A stretch of 64,000 bases of DNA from contig NC_043014.1 of the NCBI RefSeq assembly GCF_006345805.1, forward strand, positions 42,284,001 to 42,348,000. Reading direction: 5' to 3'. Below are positions 13,225 through 25,222 of this stretch, one piece after another. The notes under the pieces are model-generated. The model made no database searches, was not told the origin of the DNA, and worked only from the letters and a program-made list of their open reading frames with translations. Origin of the DNA: Octopus sinensis. Lineage: Eukaryota. Position numbers and translations under genes: made by a program. The first letter of the stretch is position 1; every line of letters starts with the position of its first letter.

Positions 13225-13590
13225 TAGGATTGTAAGATAATTTTACTGAGGTTTTTTTTCCCATTTATTTTATTCAGAATTTTTCATGAACAATTTTAAC
13301 AGACGAGTCAGTAATATATTCCCTTTCATTGTTCAACTTCTTGCCAAAATTCCACTAATTTGTCAATACCCTGACATTAGAAACCACAGGGTCTTGACTC
13401 AAAGAGCCATGTTTTCACTTTCTCGCAACATCTCTGTTGGAGAAAAATGCTTCACGCTCTAATGGAGAACAACCGAAAGAGGCGATAATCTGAGGGTGTC
13501 GTGTCTGAAGAATATGGTGGGTGTGGTCATACCTCCCAACCAAACTCTTGAGTAGCGGCTTTGGCCAAATAGGCCACCCTTGTTCATTAC
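13225..13590 (-). pseudogene. Mariner transposase C-terminal relic with decayed right TIR
   Basis: Hand translation with one frameshift: KSL(G)WEV*PHPPYSSDTTPSDYRLFR, matching the mariner YSPDLAPSD motif. Ends at TA. Confidence 0.75.
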
Positions 13591-13762
13591 TTTCCCATTC
13601 TCATCATCATCATCATTATCATCATCATCATCATCATTATCATCAGCATCAGCATCATTATCATCAGCATTTAATGTCCATTTCTCATGCTGGTGTAGGT
13701 AGGCTGGCATGCTGGAGAGCTGCAACAGGTTCCGGTTGCGTGTTTTGGTTTGGTTTCTATAG

Positions 13763-13830
<68 letters not shown>

Positions 13831-14155
13831 ATACACATATATATATATATATATATGGGGTGGGGTTATATATTTGGGGTAGGAAACGCTCAAGGGAACA
13901 GAATAGCAGATGGTCTTCAGAGAAGAAACCAGACTTCAGGCAGGTGTTTCAGCCTTTAACTTCTTACACTTTAAGGGGGCCAGATCATGACTCCTGATGT
14001 ACCCTTCTGCTGACATTTTTTGGACCCTTAGATTTTGAAGATTTGTGCGTTAAAGCTGCTTGGAGATTTCATCTAGTTGTCCGCAGACTCACCTTCCAAA
14101 CTTGTACTTAAAGAAGAAATAACATTGGTTGTCATGGTAGTCCCTACCATATGCA

Positions 14156-14159
<4 letters not shown>

Positions 14160-14201
<42 letters not shown>

Positions 14202-14730
14202 CATACACAAAACACACTCACATGCAAGCACACACACTCACACACATAAATGCACATGCACCCCCACACACACATGTAGATATGTGCATGTGCACACACA
14301 CACACACTCTCTCTCTCTCTCTCCACACACACCACATGTGCACACACACACATACACATACTCACACACACTCATGCACACACTCACACACACATAAATG
14401 CACATGCACCCCCACACACACATGTAGATATGGCATTGCACACCACACACACTCCTCTCTCTCTCTCTCACACACACACACATGTGCACCACACACAATA
14501 CACATACTCACACACACACTCATGGCACACCACTCACACCACATAAATGCACATGCACCACACCCCTACACACACACACACCCCTACACACACACATGTA
14601 GATATGTGCATGATGTGCACACACACACACACACATGCACACACACACGCACACACACACATGCACACACACACGCACACACACACACACACATGCTATT
14701 ATACATACTAATACATACATATATAGATAC
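14160..14730. repeat. (CA)-rich tract with cryptic ~148-bp higher-order period
   Basis: CATAAATGCACATGCACC recurs at about 14245, 14393 and 14542. Confidence 0.8.
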
Positions 14731-14974
14731 TCACACCCAGTCTTAAACAGACACCTGTTTGTATATTTGCACATTGATGACAACCATGAAATATTTTTAA
14801 TTAGCTTGATTAATTAATGTTTCCGCGTTGACCTTCACCTTTACCACCAGCCGATTCATGGAAAGGCATGAATTTACAGAAGCTTTCAGCTGCTATTATC
14901 TTGGATCAATTAATTAATTGACTGATAATGAAGCTGGCGTGGACTGTCCATATATACAATTTGTGTGTGCGTGT

Positions 14975-15007
<33 letters not shown>

Positions 15008-15285
15008 ATGTATGTGTTTGTAAGTGAATATCTCTGTGCCTGTGTAAGCAGAAGTGTGTGAGCGTGTTTGTGTGTCTCAATGTGTGTATATACAGAATCA
15101 CACGCATATATATATATATATATATAATATATATAATATTATATATATATATATATATACATATGTATACATACATATATGCACACACACACACATAAAC
15201 ACACACACACTCACAAACACACACACACACATATATATATACACACACACACAAAACATACACACACAAACACACACACATCTCC

Positions 15286-15318
<33 letters not shown>

Positions 15319-15357
15319 TATATACATATAATATATACATATACATATATAATATAT

Positions 15358-15407
<50 letters not shown>

Positions 15408-16070
15408 ATTATATATATATATATTATATATACATATATATATACAAGAGAGAGAGAGAGAGAGAGAGGAGAGGGAGATAAGGCAATGGTGATATAATGA
15501 AAGGAAAATTAAAACTGCACTTTCAGAAGGCCCTCAATCTTCTATTCATGTAGGCCATTGGATTGCAACAATAATAAGACACCATATTGACCTAATTTTT
15601 TGTCCTTTGTCGTTGATTAGCCTCCATTTAGTTAATATTTGTATATGTGTGCATGTGTGTGTGTGTGTGTGTGTGTATATCAAAAGGATATGTTATAATA
15701 CTATTCCATATATACAAAAAGCAATACCAACAATCCAACACACCTCCATCATCAGCTGCCCCATCAGATATCACTATGGTTTCGACACCTGGGCAGTACC
15801 ATTCAATCCGGCAGTGTCAACAGCACTAAAATAAGTGTTGTTTGGGAACAAACAAACCAAAAGAACCACAACTTCCAAACACATTTACCATATGTACAAC
15901 CGTATCAGTAAATAAATTCAATAAGTAAATTACATAAAACTCCTTAATATGTAACTAAACAGAGACCAATCCATTAAGTCATACAAAAATTATAATCCCT
16001 ACCCTCTTCCATAGTATAATATAAACGTGAAAGCTTAATAACCACACACATACAGACTCATATATATATA

Positions 16071-16121
<51 letters not shown>

Positions 16122-16184
16122 CATACACACACACATATGTATATACAGAGTGGATCAAAAGTCATGAAAAGGTATACTTTAACA

Positions 16185-16590
16185 AATACAACAGTTAATT
16201 CTATGCTGGAGTCCCTAATTTGCATATCGAAAATTTTAACCGCTCTACAAACTCTATATATACTCAACAACTACAGTAGTTAATTCTATGCTGGAGTCCC
16301 TAATTTGCATACCGAAAAATTTTTAACCACCCTACAAACTCTATATATACTCAACAAGTACAGGAGTTAATTCTATGCTAGAGTCCCTAATTTGCATACC
16401 GAAAATGTTTAACTGCTCTATAAACTCTATTTATACTCAAAAATTACAGCATTTATTCTATGCTGGAGTCCTTAATTTTCATACTGAAAATTTTTAACCA
16501 CTCTATAAACTTTATATAAACTCAAAAATTACAGTAGTTATTCTATGCTGGAGTCATTAATTTTCTTACCGAGATTTGCATACCGAATTT
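16185..16590. repeat. ~85-bp minisatellite, about 4.5 diverged copies
   Basis: TTCTATGCTGGAGTCCCTAATTTGCATA recurs every ~85 bp. Confidence 0.9.
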
Positions 16591-16592
16591 GC

Positions 16593-17775
16593 AAGTAAGC
16601 AAGCAAGCAAGTAAATAAGCAAGGAAGCAAGCATGCAAGCAAGTAAGTAAGTAAGCAAGCAAGCAAGTAAGCAAGCAAGCCAGCAAGCAAGCAAGCATTC
16701 AAGTAAGCAAGTAAGCAAGTAAGTAAGCAAACAAACAAGCAAGCAAATAAGTAAGCAAGAAGCAAGCAAGTAAGTATGTAGGTAAGTAAGTAAGCAAGCA
16801 AGCAAGTAAGTAAGCTGGCAAGCAAGCAAGCAGGCAATTAAGTAAGTAATTAAGTAAGTGTAGTAAATAAGCAAGCAAACAAGCAAGTAAGCACATAAGT
16901 AAGTAAGTATGCAAACAAGCAAGCAAGTAAGTAAGTAAGCAAGCAAGAAATCAATCAAGCATGTATACAAGTTAGTAAGTAAGTAAGTAAGCAAGCAAGT
17001 AAGCAGGTAAGCAAGCAAGGACATAAGGAAGTAAGTTAGTAAGCAAGCAAGGAAGTAAGTAAATCAGTAAGTAAGCAAGCAAGTAAGCAAGCAAGTAATC
17101 AAGCAAGCAAGCAAGCAAGTAAGTAAGTAAGCAAGCAAGTAATCAAGCAAGTAAGTAAGTATATATGTAAGTCAGTTAGTAAACAAGCAAGCAGCAAGTA
17201 AGGAAGGAAGCAAGCAAGCAAGTATGTAAGTAAGCAAGCAAGCAAGCAAACAAGCAAGTAAGCAAGCAAGTAAGTAAGAATATAAGTAAGTCAGTAAGTA
17301 TGCAAGCAAGTAAGGAAGGAAGCAAGCAAGCAAGCAAGTATGTAAGTAGGCAAGCAAGCAAACAAGCAAGTAAGTACGTAAGCAAGCATGCAAGCAAGCA
17401 ATCACGCAAGTAAGCAAGGATGCAAGAAAGTAAGTAACCAAGCAAGTATGTAAGTAAGTAAGTAATCAAGCAAGCAAGCAAGCAATTAAGTAAATAAGCA
17501 ACCAAGAAAGTAAGCAAGCAAGCAAGGAAGGAAGTAAGCAAGTAAATAAGTAGGTAAGCAAGCAAGCAAGCAAGTAAGCAAGCAAACAAGTAAACAAGTA
17601 AGTAAGTAAGCAAGCAAGCAATCATGCAATTAAGTAAGTAAGCAAGCAAGCAAACAAGCAAGCAAGTAAGTCAGTTAGTAAGCAAGCAATCAAGCAAGTA
17701 AGTAAGCAAGTATGTAGGTAAGCAAGCAAGGAAGGAAGGAAGGAAAGATGGATGGATGGATGGATGGATGGATGG
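16593..17775. repeat. ~1.2-kb compound (AAGC/AAGT)n tetranucleotide array ending in (GGAA)n(GGAT)n
   Basis: Direct reading; source of the LLACLLTY ORFs. Confidence 0.95.
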
Positions 17776-17890
17776 ATTTGTGCTACCAAACAAAAATACA
17801 CTAAATTTTCCTGCAAAAAAAAAGGAAATTATAATTTAATTTTTGAAAGTTGTTTATAAACAACTTTCAAGGACTTTGAAAAGTTTGTTG

Positions 17891-17952
<62 letters not shown>

Positions 17953-18125
17953 CAACGTGTTCCTGTGAATGGAGAGAGTCACATTGTTTCTTGTAGCAGG
18001 AATAATTAATGTGAACCCAAATCTGCCACCTTCAATAACTCTTAAGAAAGAACGTTCACAATTCGGTCACGTTTATTATTCTCCCCGTGAGAACTTCACT
18101 GACAATTGCCGCTTTTGTTGTATCC

Positions 18126-18164
<39 letters not shown>

Positions 18165-18205
18165 TAATAATAATAATAATATTAATGATGATAATAATAA
18201 TAATA

Positions 18206-18244
<39 letters not shown>

Positions 18245-18792
18245 TAATAATAATAATAATAATTAATAATAATGCTATTATGCAATCTTCCTGTTTATAT
18301 AATATATAAAACAGAAACATTTGGTGAGAATTCGTGAAAAAAATTACATTTTTTTTCTAGAGCATTTCTGGAAATACAAGTTTTTCTTTTATCCTTATTT
18401 TTAGAACAACTACAATTACATGTGTTAAAATGACATATATGACATGAAAATTGTTTTAAAACATAAAATTATGTCAAGTAGGCATAATTAGGTTAACGTA
18501 TTTGGCATTTAAAGTTGCGATTACCTCCCTTGGTTTGTTTTTGCGCAAATTTAGAGCAAACGGTTCCTGATTGTTTTTTTTTTTTATTCTTTCTATCAAA
18601 GCAAATATATGTAAAAAGAAAGTGACATGTTTTTATTTACAGAGAGAGAAATAAAATTTCAGATTAAATATGAGAAATTAAATAACAAATTATGAAGTTC
18701 ATGATTTATTTCAATTTAATTAAAAAATTTTTTTTTTTACCTTTCTCGGCTTACTACAGATGGAAACTCATGTTGTTCAAAGTAAAAACTTG

Positions 18793-19391
18793 GGATCTTT
18801 TCCTTTTGAACAGCAGACAATTTCTAGTTAACTAAACACTTTAAAACTTCGTATACTGGTAGAATGTGTCAAAATAAAACATTTTTTTCTCTTGGCTTTC
18901 TTGAGAAAATTGTAATTTGTTTGTTTAACGTAGTTTAATTTTTCGAATTTTAACCAATCCTATGCTCTCTTTTGAGCTAAAATCATTTGCTGCATCTAAA
19001 ACTGAGACAACATCCTGTAACTAACCCTAAACCTCCCCCCTAACCCTAATTTTTTTTTCTTAATTGTTAAACTAAAGCAATGGAATTAAATTAATTTAAC
19101 AATTAAGAAAAAAAAAATTTAGGGTTAGGGGGGAGGTTTAGGGTTAGTTACAGGATGTTGTCTCAGTTTTAGACGCAGCAAATGATTTTAGTTGAATGGA
19201 GGTAATCGATTAGTTAAAATTGCCGAAATGCTCGGATTTTCAGACGAAATATCTTACGAACTATAGAATTTTCTCAATAAAGCCAAGAGAAAATGATGTT
19301 TTATAAACACATTCTACCAGTATATGAAGTTTAAAAGTGTTTAGTTAACTAGAAATTGTGTTGACATATGCCGTTCAAAAGGAAAAGATCC
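18793..19391. mobile_element. Foldback MITE, long TIRs, 8-bp TSD AAAACTTG, internal TTAGGG-like hexamers (Merlin-like)
   Basis: Ends GGATCTTTTCCTTTTGAAC...GTTCAAAAGGAAAAGATCC. AAAACTTG at 18785-18792 and 19392-19399. Confidence 0.85.
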
Positions 19392-19483
19392 AAAACTTGA
19401 CAAGTCAGAATTATAAAAGAGAAAAACAAAATATTGCAATATAGGTGTTGGGCATTGCTGTGTGGTAAGAAGTCTGCTTCTAG

Positions 19484-19762
19484 CTGGAGGATGAATATGT
19501 GATCCTCTTCCACAAAGGAGGAACCATAGAAAATGAAGTAAAGAAAATGGAAAGGAGGGGCCGATGGAAGGGACTTCTGTCCTGCACGGAGGATCCTGAG
19601 TGGCCTTCGCAGGGTGCTGCGGAGGTCCTATGGGATAGTGATCTGTGCAGGATCATGAATTCCTTCCCGGAGGACTCCTATAAATATATACCTGTGTGGT
19701 CCGGCCTGGAACCGGGTGCATGCTTCAATGAAGCAAGGATACTGGTCGGCCAGATAACCTGA
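19484..19762 (+). CDS. Unassigned GC-rich open reading frame fragment
   Basis: About 92 stop-free codons of normal complexity in a GC-rich island; no family recognised. Confidence 0.2.
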   Translation: MEDEYVILFHKGGTIENEVKKMERRGRWKGLLSCTEDPEWPSQGAAEVLWDSDLCRIMNSFPEDSYKYIPVWSGLEPGACFNEARILVGQIT

Positions 19763-20036
19763 ACGAGTCTAGAAAATGTGAAAAATGTGACTTTTTGTGT
19801 GTTTTAAAAAAGAAAAAAGAATTCTGATAATTGTGTTGTTTAAGTGAGAGGTTTATTGCCGCATTGTGTTTTGGGGGAAAAAAGAACATTGTTTTGGAGA
19901 AGCGAAAGTCGGCGGGCGCTTTTCGTCTTCTCCCATCATCATCATTTTTGCATCACCATCATTCATACTATTAATGTCCGTGTCCAGCCCGCAAAGCTTC
20001 CATCTGTGTGATGCCCGTGTGGCAAATTATATAAAA

Positions 20037-20416
20037 CTAGCAGTATCGCCCGGCGTTGCTCAGGTTTGTAAGGGAAATAACTATAAAGCATTTTTAGAGA
20101 GTTATAGCCAAAAAATAGCAAAAAATGCATTAAAAATGGAAAAAAAATTATGGTAAATTTTTTTTTAAATCGTTGACTCATCGTAGACATTTTTAGAGAG
20201 TTACTTCCCTTTATTTAAAAAATATGCTTTAAAATGGAAAAAAATTATGGTAAATTTTTTTTTAAATTGTAGACTCATCGTAGACATGCGCTCGATATGA
20301 ATCACGACTATAAGATACCTGGTTTTGGTTAAACTGCACTGCAAAATGTGGGAGTAGTTAGGAATCTAAATCGAAGGGGACAGACACTCACACAACTACA
20401 GTTTTATATATATAGA
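20037..20416 (-). mobile_element. Non-autonomous Helitron
   Basis: Minus strand reads A|TC...hairpin CCTGAGCAACGCCGGG...CTAG|T, no TSD. Confidence 0.88.
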
Positions 20417-20804
20417 TAATGAAATAAAGAAGTATGCTTCCCAACCACATGGTTCTGGGTTCAGTCCGAGTGGCACGTCTTCTTCTATAGCCCCGGACCT
20501 ACCGAAAGCTTTCTTCTTGAATGTATCTCGCATACGGAAACTGAAGGAAGCAGTCGTTATATATATAAAGATTACCTGAAGTTCTTCACTAATCTAAGTA
20601 ATATCGTTAGCCTGGTGGGTACTACTTAAGAAGAGTGGTCCCGGTGCGTGCACTCGCGTACTTGCACATCCACGCTAGCTAGTCATGACTAGTCGATCCT
20701 ACAACGACTACCTAGCAAAGTAAATAAAACACAAAAAAAAAATTTTTTACACAAAGTAATTTTTCTTTTAACAAATTAAATAAAACACAAAAACACAAAG
20801 TAAA

Positions 20805-21125
20805 GGATCTTTTCCTTTTGAACGGCACTTTATAACATAATTTCTAGGTAACTAAAAAGTTTTAAACTTCGTATACTGGTAGAATGTGTTTATAAAACAT
20901 CATTTTCTCTTGGCTTTATTGAGAAAATTCTATAGGTTGAAACATATTTCGTCTAAAATTTCTTGTATTTCGGCAATTTAAACCAATCAATTACCTCCAT
21001 TGACGTAAATAACATTCTGTGCATAGTGAATATGTCCCTCCTTTAAGAAACAGATTGGGTTTATTTACATTTGTGAAGAAAAAAGATACCCTTCCCCCAC
21101 CCCTAACCCTAACCCTAACTAACCC
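20805..21125. mobile_element. Solo arm of the 18793-19391 MITE family
   Basis: Starts GGATCTTTTCCTTTTGAACGGCA, ends in (CCCTAA)3. Confidence 0.75.
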
Positions 21126-21166
21126 TCGCTGCCTTCTCTTAACGACTATATTCTTTTCTACTATAG

Positions 21167-21620
21167 GCAATGAGCTGGCAGAATCATTAACACACTGAAC
21201 AAAATGCTTAGCAGTATTTCGCCTGTCACTATGTTCTGAGTTCAAATTCCACCAAGGTCGACTTTGCCTTTCATCCTTTCAAGGTCAATAAATTAAATGC
21301 CAGTGAAACATTGGGGTGGATGTAATCGACGAGTCACCTCCCACCAGATTTCAGGCCTTGTGTCTTTAGTAGAAAGGATTATTATGACCATTGATACAGC
21401 AGTGAGATGGCAGAATTGTTACAGCACCAGAGAAAGTGCTTAACAGCATCTCTTCCGGCTATATGTTATGAGTTCAAGTTCCACTGAGGTCAACTTTACC
21501 TTTTATTTTGTGAGGCTCAATAATAACAATCCCAGTCAAGCACTGGACTCAAAGCAATCAACTTACCCCTTCCTCCAAAATTGCTGGCCCTGTGCCAAAA
21601 TTTGAAACCATTGTTATTCT
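21167..21620 (+). mobile_element. Two diverged SINE-B copies
   Basis: GAGCTGGCAGAA heads, GAGTTCAAATTCC B box and central domain. Confidence 0.7.
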
Positions 21621-21699
21621 TAATGCTCTATCTTTTCCATCTCATTACCATCATCATGGGTTTAATTTATTTTATTTTATTTTTTTAATTCTATCTAGT

Positions 21700-21896
21700 T
21701 TCAGCTCACGAGTTGTGGCCATGCTGGGGCACCGCCATTTAAAGAGTACAGCAGAGATCGCCACCACCCCCTGCCGGAGCCTCGTTGAGCTTTAGGTGTT
21801 TTCGCTCAATAAACACTCACAATGCCTGGTCTGGGAATCGAAACCATGATCCTACAACCACGAGTCTGCTGCCCTAACCACTGGGCCATTGCGCCT
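21700..21896 (-). mobile_element. CR1 3' tail fragment (about 21700-21740) abutting a truncated SINE-C
   Basis: Reverse complement GGCGGTGCCCCAGCATGGCCACAACTC matches about 35519-35550; SINE-C head at 21896. Confidence 0.7.
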
Positions 21897-22089
21897 TAAT
21901 GTTCATTTTCCACTGGACAAATCAGATAAAATAGCTCTGTCTTCATTCTTAATACCAAACCCCTCACAAAACCCTAAAACAGTGACTCTGGCACTGGCAT
22001 ATCAATAAGGATAAGGAATTTTTTTTTCTTTTTTAAGGGACATAAATGTCATCAGCACAGCAGTTATTCTACCACTCTCTGACAGACGT

Positions 22090-23105
22090 TAAGGGGATCT
22101 TGTTAAATCTAAAGACCATATCAGGTTAAAAGGGGATCTTGTTAAATCTAATGACCATATCAGGTTAAAAGGGGATCTTGTTAAATCTAATGACCATATC
22201 AGGTTAAAAGGGGATCTTGTTAAATCTAAAGACCATATCAGGTTAAAAGGGGATCTTGTTAAATCTATAGACCATATCAGGTTAAAAGGGGATCTTGTTA
22301 AATCTAATGACCATATCAGGTTAAAAGGGGATCTTGTTAAATCTAAAGACCATATCAGGTTAAAAGGGGATCTTGTTAAATCTAAAGACCATATCATGTT
22401 AAAAGGGGATTTTGTTAAATCTAATGACAATATCAGATTAAAAGGGAATCTTGTTAAATCTAATGACCATATCAGGTTAAAAGGGGATCTTGTTAAATCT
22501 AATGACCATATCAGGTTAAAAGGGGATCTTGTTAAATCTAATGACCATATCAGGTTAAAAGGGGATCTTGTTAAATCTAATGACCATATCAGGTTAAAAG
22601 GGGATCTTGTTAAATCTAATGACCATATCAGGTTAAAAGGGGATTTTGTTAAATCTAATGACAATATCAGATTAAAAGGGAATCTTGTTAAATCTAATGA
22701 CCATATCAGGTTAAAAGGGGATCTTGTTAAATCTAATGACCATATCAGGTTAAAAGGGGATCTTGTTAAATCTAATGACCATATCAGGTTAAAAGGGGAT
22801 CTTGTTAAATCTAATGACCATATCAGGTTAAAAGGGGATCTTGTTAAATCTAATGACCATATCAGGTTAAAAGGGGATTTTGTTAAATCTAATGACCATA
22901 TCAGATTAAAATGGGATCTTGTTAAATCTAATGACCATATCAGGTTAAAAGGGGATCTTGTTAAATCTAAAGACTATATCAGGTTAAAAGGGGATCTTGT
23001 TAAATCTAATGACCATATCAGGTTAAAAGGGGATCTTGTTAAATCTAAAGACCATATCATGTTAAAAGGGGATCTTGTTAAATCTAATGACCATATCAGG
23101 TTAAA
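22090..23105. repeat. 39-bp minisatellite, about 26 copies, with 6-unit higher-order repeat
   Basis: Unit TTAAAAGGGGATCTTGTTAAATCTAATGACCATATCAGG; variant units recur every 234 bp. Confidence 0.95.
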
Positions 23106-23270
23106 TGTTTTATGTTGAAACTGGCCAGATCTGGCTTCTCATGGCAACCCTACAATGTCATTCTAAAACTAAACAATCACATCACTGAAATCTCTAAACT
23201 ACAAGGTAACATGATTAATTCAAAACAATACAAATGAATAAATATTACATTTGGCAGAATAATTTGAATC
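23106..23270 (+). mobile_element. Relic of piggyBac-like MITE-P2
   Basis: TGTTTTATGTTGAAACTGGCCAGATCTGG... matches about 50733-50860; TTTGGCAGAATAAT matches 51577. Confidence 0.65.
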
Positions 23271-23864
23271 CCTCCCAAAATATTGGTGAACATTTTTTTT
23301 GGCATTACCCCACCTATTAATAAAATGACAAAATAGATTTCTCTGAGTTGTGCTTGTTTGGCTAGTGAAACAGTTACAGCAAGGAAGATTTATTTTAGAC
23401 ATTCAAAAAACACACAGAAACTGTTAACTTTTTTTTTTTTAACTCATCGTAAAGTCAATACCACCATGACTGATATCCAAACTCCAGTGGAGAAGGCTAG
23501 CCACTGGATTTGGTTAAAAAGAGACGATGAGCGATGGCTAGAAGGATATTGAGCTTAACTTCATAACCAGCTGATCTAGCAAGCGGGGCCTCATATCAGT
23601 GAAGGGGGCCGGTGCGCATTGATGCCGTCAAGAGGTAGGCCCCGAAACAGCATGCATTCTCTCCTGATGACCCCATACACTTGCTGGCTTCCACTATATG
23701 GAGCTTTTGACTGGTAGCACTTGCATGTGCAAGTTGTTTGCAAGACATTCATTTATTATTTGGTGTTGAAAATTTCATCACACAGTCTGTGACCTGGTCA
23801 CTGAGCAATTTTACTGTAACTGGTTTGAAATTTTGTTGATGGCCAGTATATATATATATATATT

Positions 23865-24330
23865 CATCATCATCATCATCGTTTAACGTTCGCTTTCCAT
23901 GCTATCATGAGTTGGATGATTTGACTGAGGACTGGTGAACCAGATGGCTGCACCAGGCTCCAATCTGGTCTGGTAGAGTTTATACAGCTGGATGCCCTTC
24001 CTAACACCAACCACTCCAAGAGTGTAGTGGGTGCTTTTACATGCCACCAGCACGAGGGCCAGTCAGGCTGTACTGGAAATGGCCACGCTCAAATGGTGTT
24101 TTTTACATGCCACCTGCACAGGAGCCAGTCCAGCGGCACTGGCAACGACCTCACTTGAATGTTTTTTCATGTGCCACCGGTACAAGTGCCAGTAAGGCGA
24201 CGCTGGTAACAATCATGCATGAATGGTGCTTTTTACGTGCCACCAGCATGGAAGCCAGTTAGCTGCTCTGGCAACGATCATGCTCAGATAGTGCTCTTAG
24301 TGCTCCACAAGCACGGATGCCAGTCATCGA
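23865..24330 (-). mobile_element. RTE-tail family copy
   Basis: (CAT)n GTTTAACGTTCGCTTTCCATGC... plus internal AAAGCACC-type repeats. Confidence 0.8.
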
Positions 24331-24347
24331 ATATATATATATATATA

Positions 24348-24814
24348 TGTAGTGACGCTACTGTGTAAGTTTCAGCTCACATGTGCAGAATTGGATTACT
24401 TCCAGTTGGCCACCGGAAGTTTTCCTCATGCGCATGTGCAGGAACTGGAACCTAAAAGCCTGACCGCTCTATCGGTCTTTCTGGCATGAGCAGCACTAGC
24501 GGTCGAACATGGCTTGACTTTCTCTCAGGGAACAACCCTACACACAGAGAACCTCACCCCAACGAAACAGGAGCGAACACCGAATCATCTTGACTCGCAC
24601 GAGAAAACATTGCAACCAGTCCTGTGGATTCAGCTGCCGGCTTCCCTACTAGAGATACGTGGGTACACGCTCTTACCTGTAAACCGCAGAATAAACCACC
24701 ACTTACTGTTATCGAAGATAGCCTGACTTTGTTTCCGTTTATTCAACTTGAATTGAATGTGGCAGGATCAGACCAGACACCCCTCCAGTTTTCCTGAATT
24801 CTCATCCTGTTACA
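24348..24814 (+). mobile_element. Solo LTR inserted in (TA)n
   Basis: TGTAGT...GTTACA termini (TG...CA), AATAAA at about 24690, TATA on both sides, abrupt GC increase; no internal domain. Confidence 0.75.
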
Positions 24815-24929
24815 TATATATAGAATCGTTTGTAGAAATACATTAATTTGGAGAAGCACACTAAGATGTAGTGAATGTTAATATTATAGTGGGTTAGGCT
24901 AGTTTATGGGGTTACCCTGCATTTCTCAC

Positions 24930-25222
24930 TCATAAGGGATTTAGCCTTATGGTCTATCATCAGACCCCAAACACTGCTGGCCTGAGACCACCTACAACAG
25001 AAACAGGCTCAATGACATCACACGCCCACAGAAGTACATGGAGTGCACTGGAAACTCTCCCAAACAGCATATTTCCAATCATCTGTCCTCCTTCAGGGTC
25101 CTGGAAAGGAGATACATTACATCACTGGCCAGCCATATCTGGCAGTTACAAGACAAAGGGATTCCATACTCAATCACATGGAAAATACTCAAGAACGCAG
25201 GCCCCTACATCAACAGGACCCC
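24930..25222 (+). pseudogene. Penelope-like element GIY-YIG endonuclease fragment
   Basis: ORF 25038-25241 SNHLSSFR...TSLASHIWQLQDKGIPYSITWKILKNAGPY resembles the PLE endonuclease C-terminal half. Confidence 0.75.

Noticed and set aside
15790-15835. AVDTAGLNGTAQ peptide on minus resembling a cadherin repeat piece
   Set aside because: Only 12 codons, stop follows, weak donor site, no DxNDNxP motif.
16185-16590. ~84-bp period suggesting a C2H2 zinc-finger array
   Set aside because: No CxxC, HxxxH or TGEKP pattern in the frames I read, and unit length varies.
19020-21125. Telomere-like repeats as a true telomere or fusion site
   Set aside because: Only a few hexamers, all inside MITE arms.
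22090-23105. CRISPR-like regular repeat
   Set aside because: Units are contiguous with no unique spacers, there are no cas genes, and the context is eukaryotic.
23610-23680. GGCCCCGAAAC...CTGATGA hammerhead-like boxes
   Set aside because: Stem II strands do not pair (CCCC versus CCCC); single copy.
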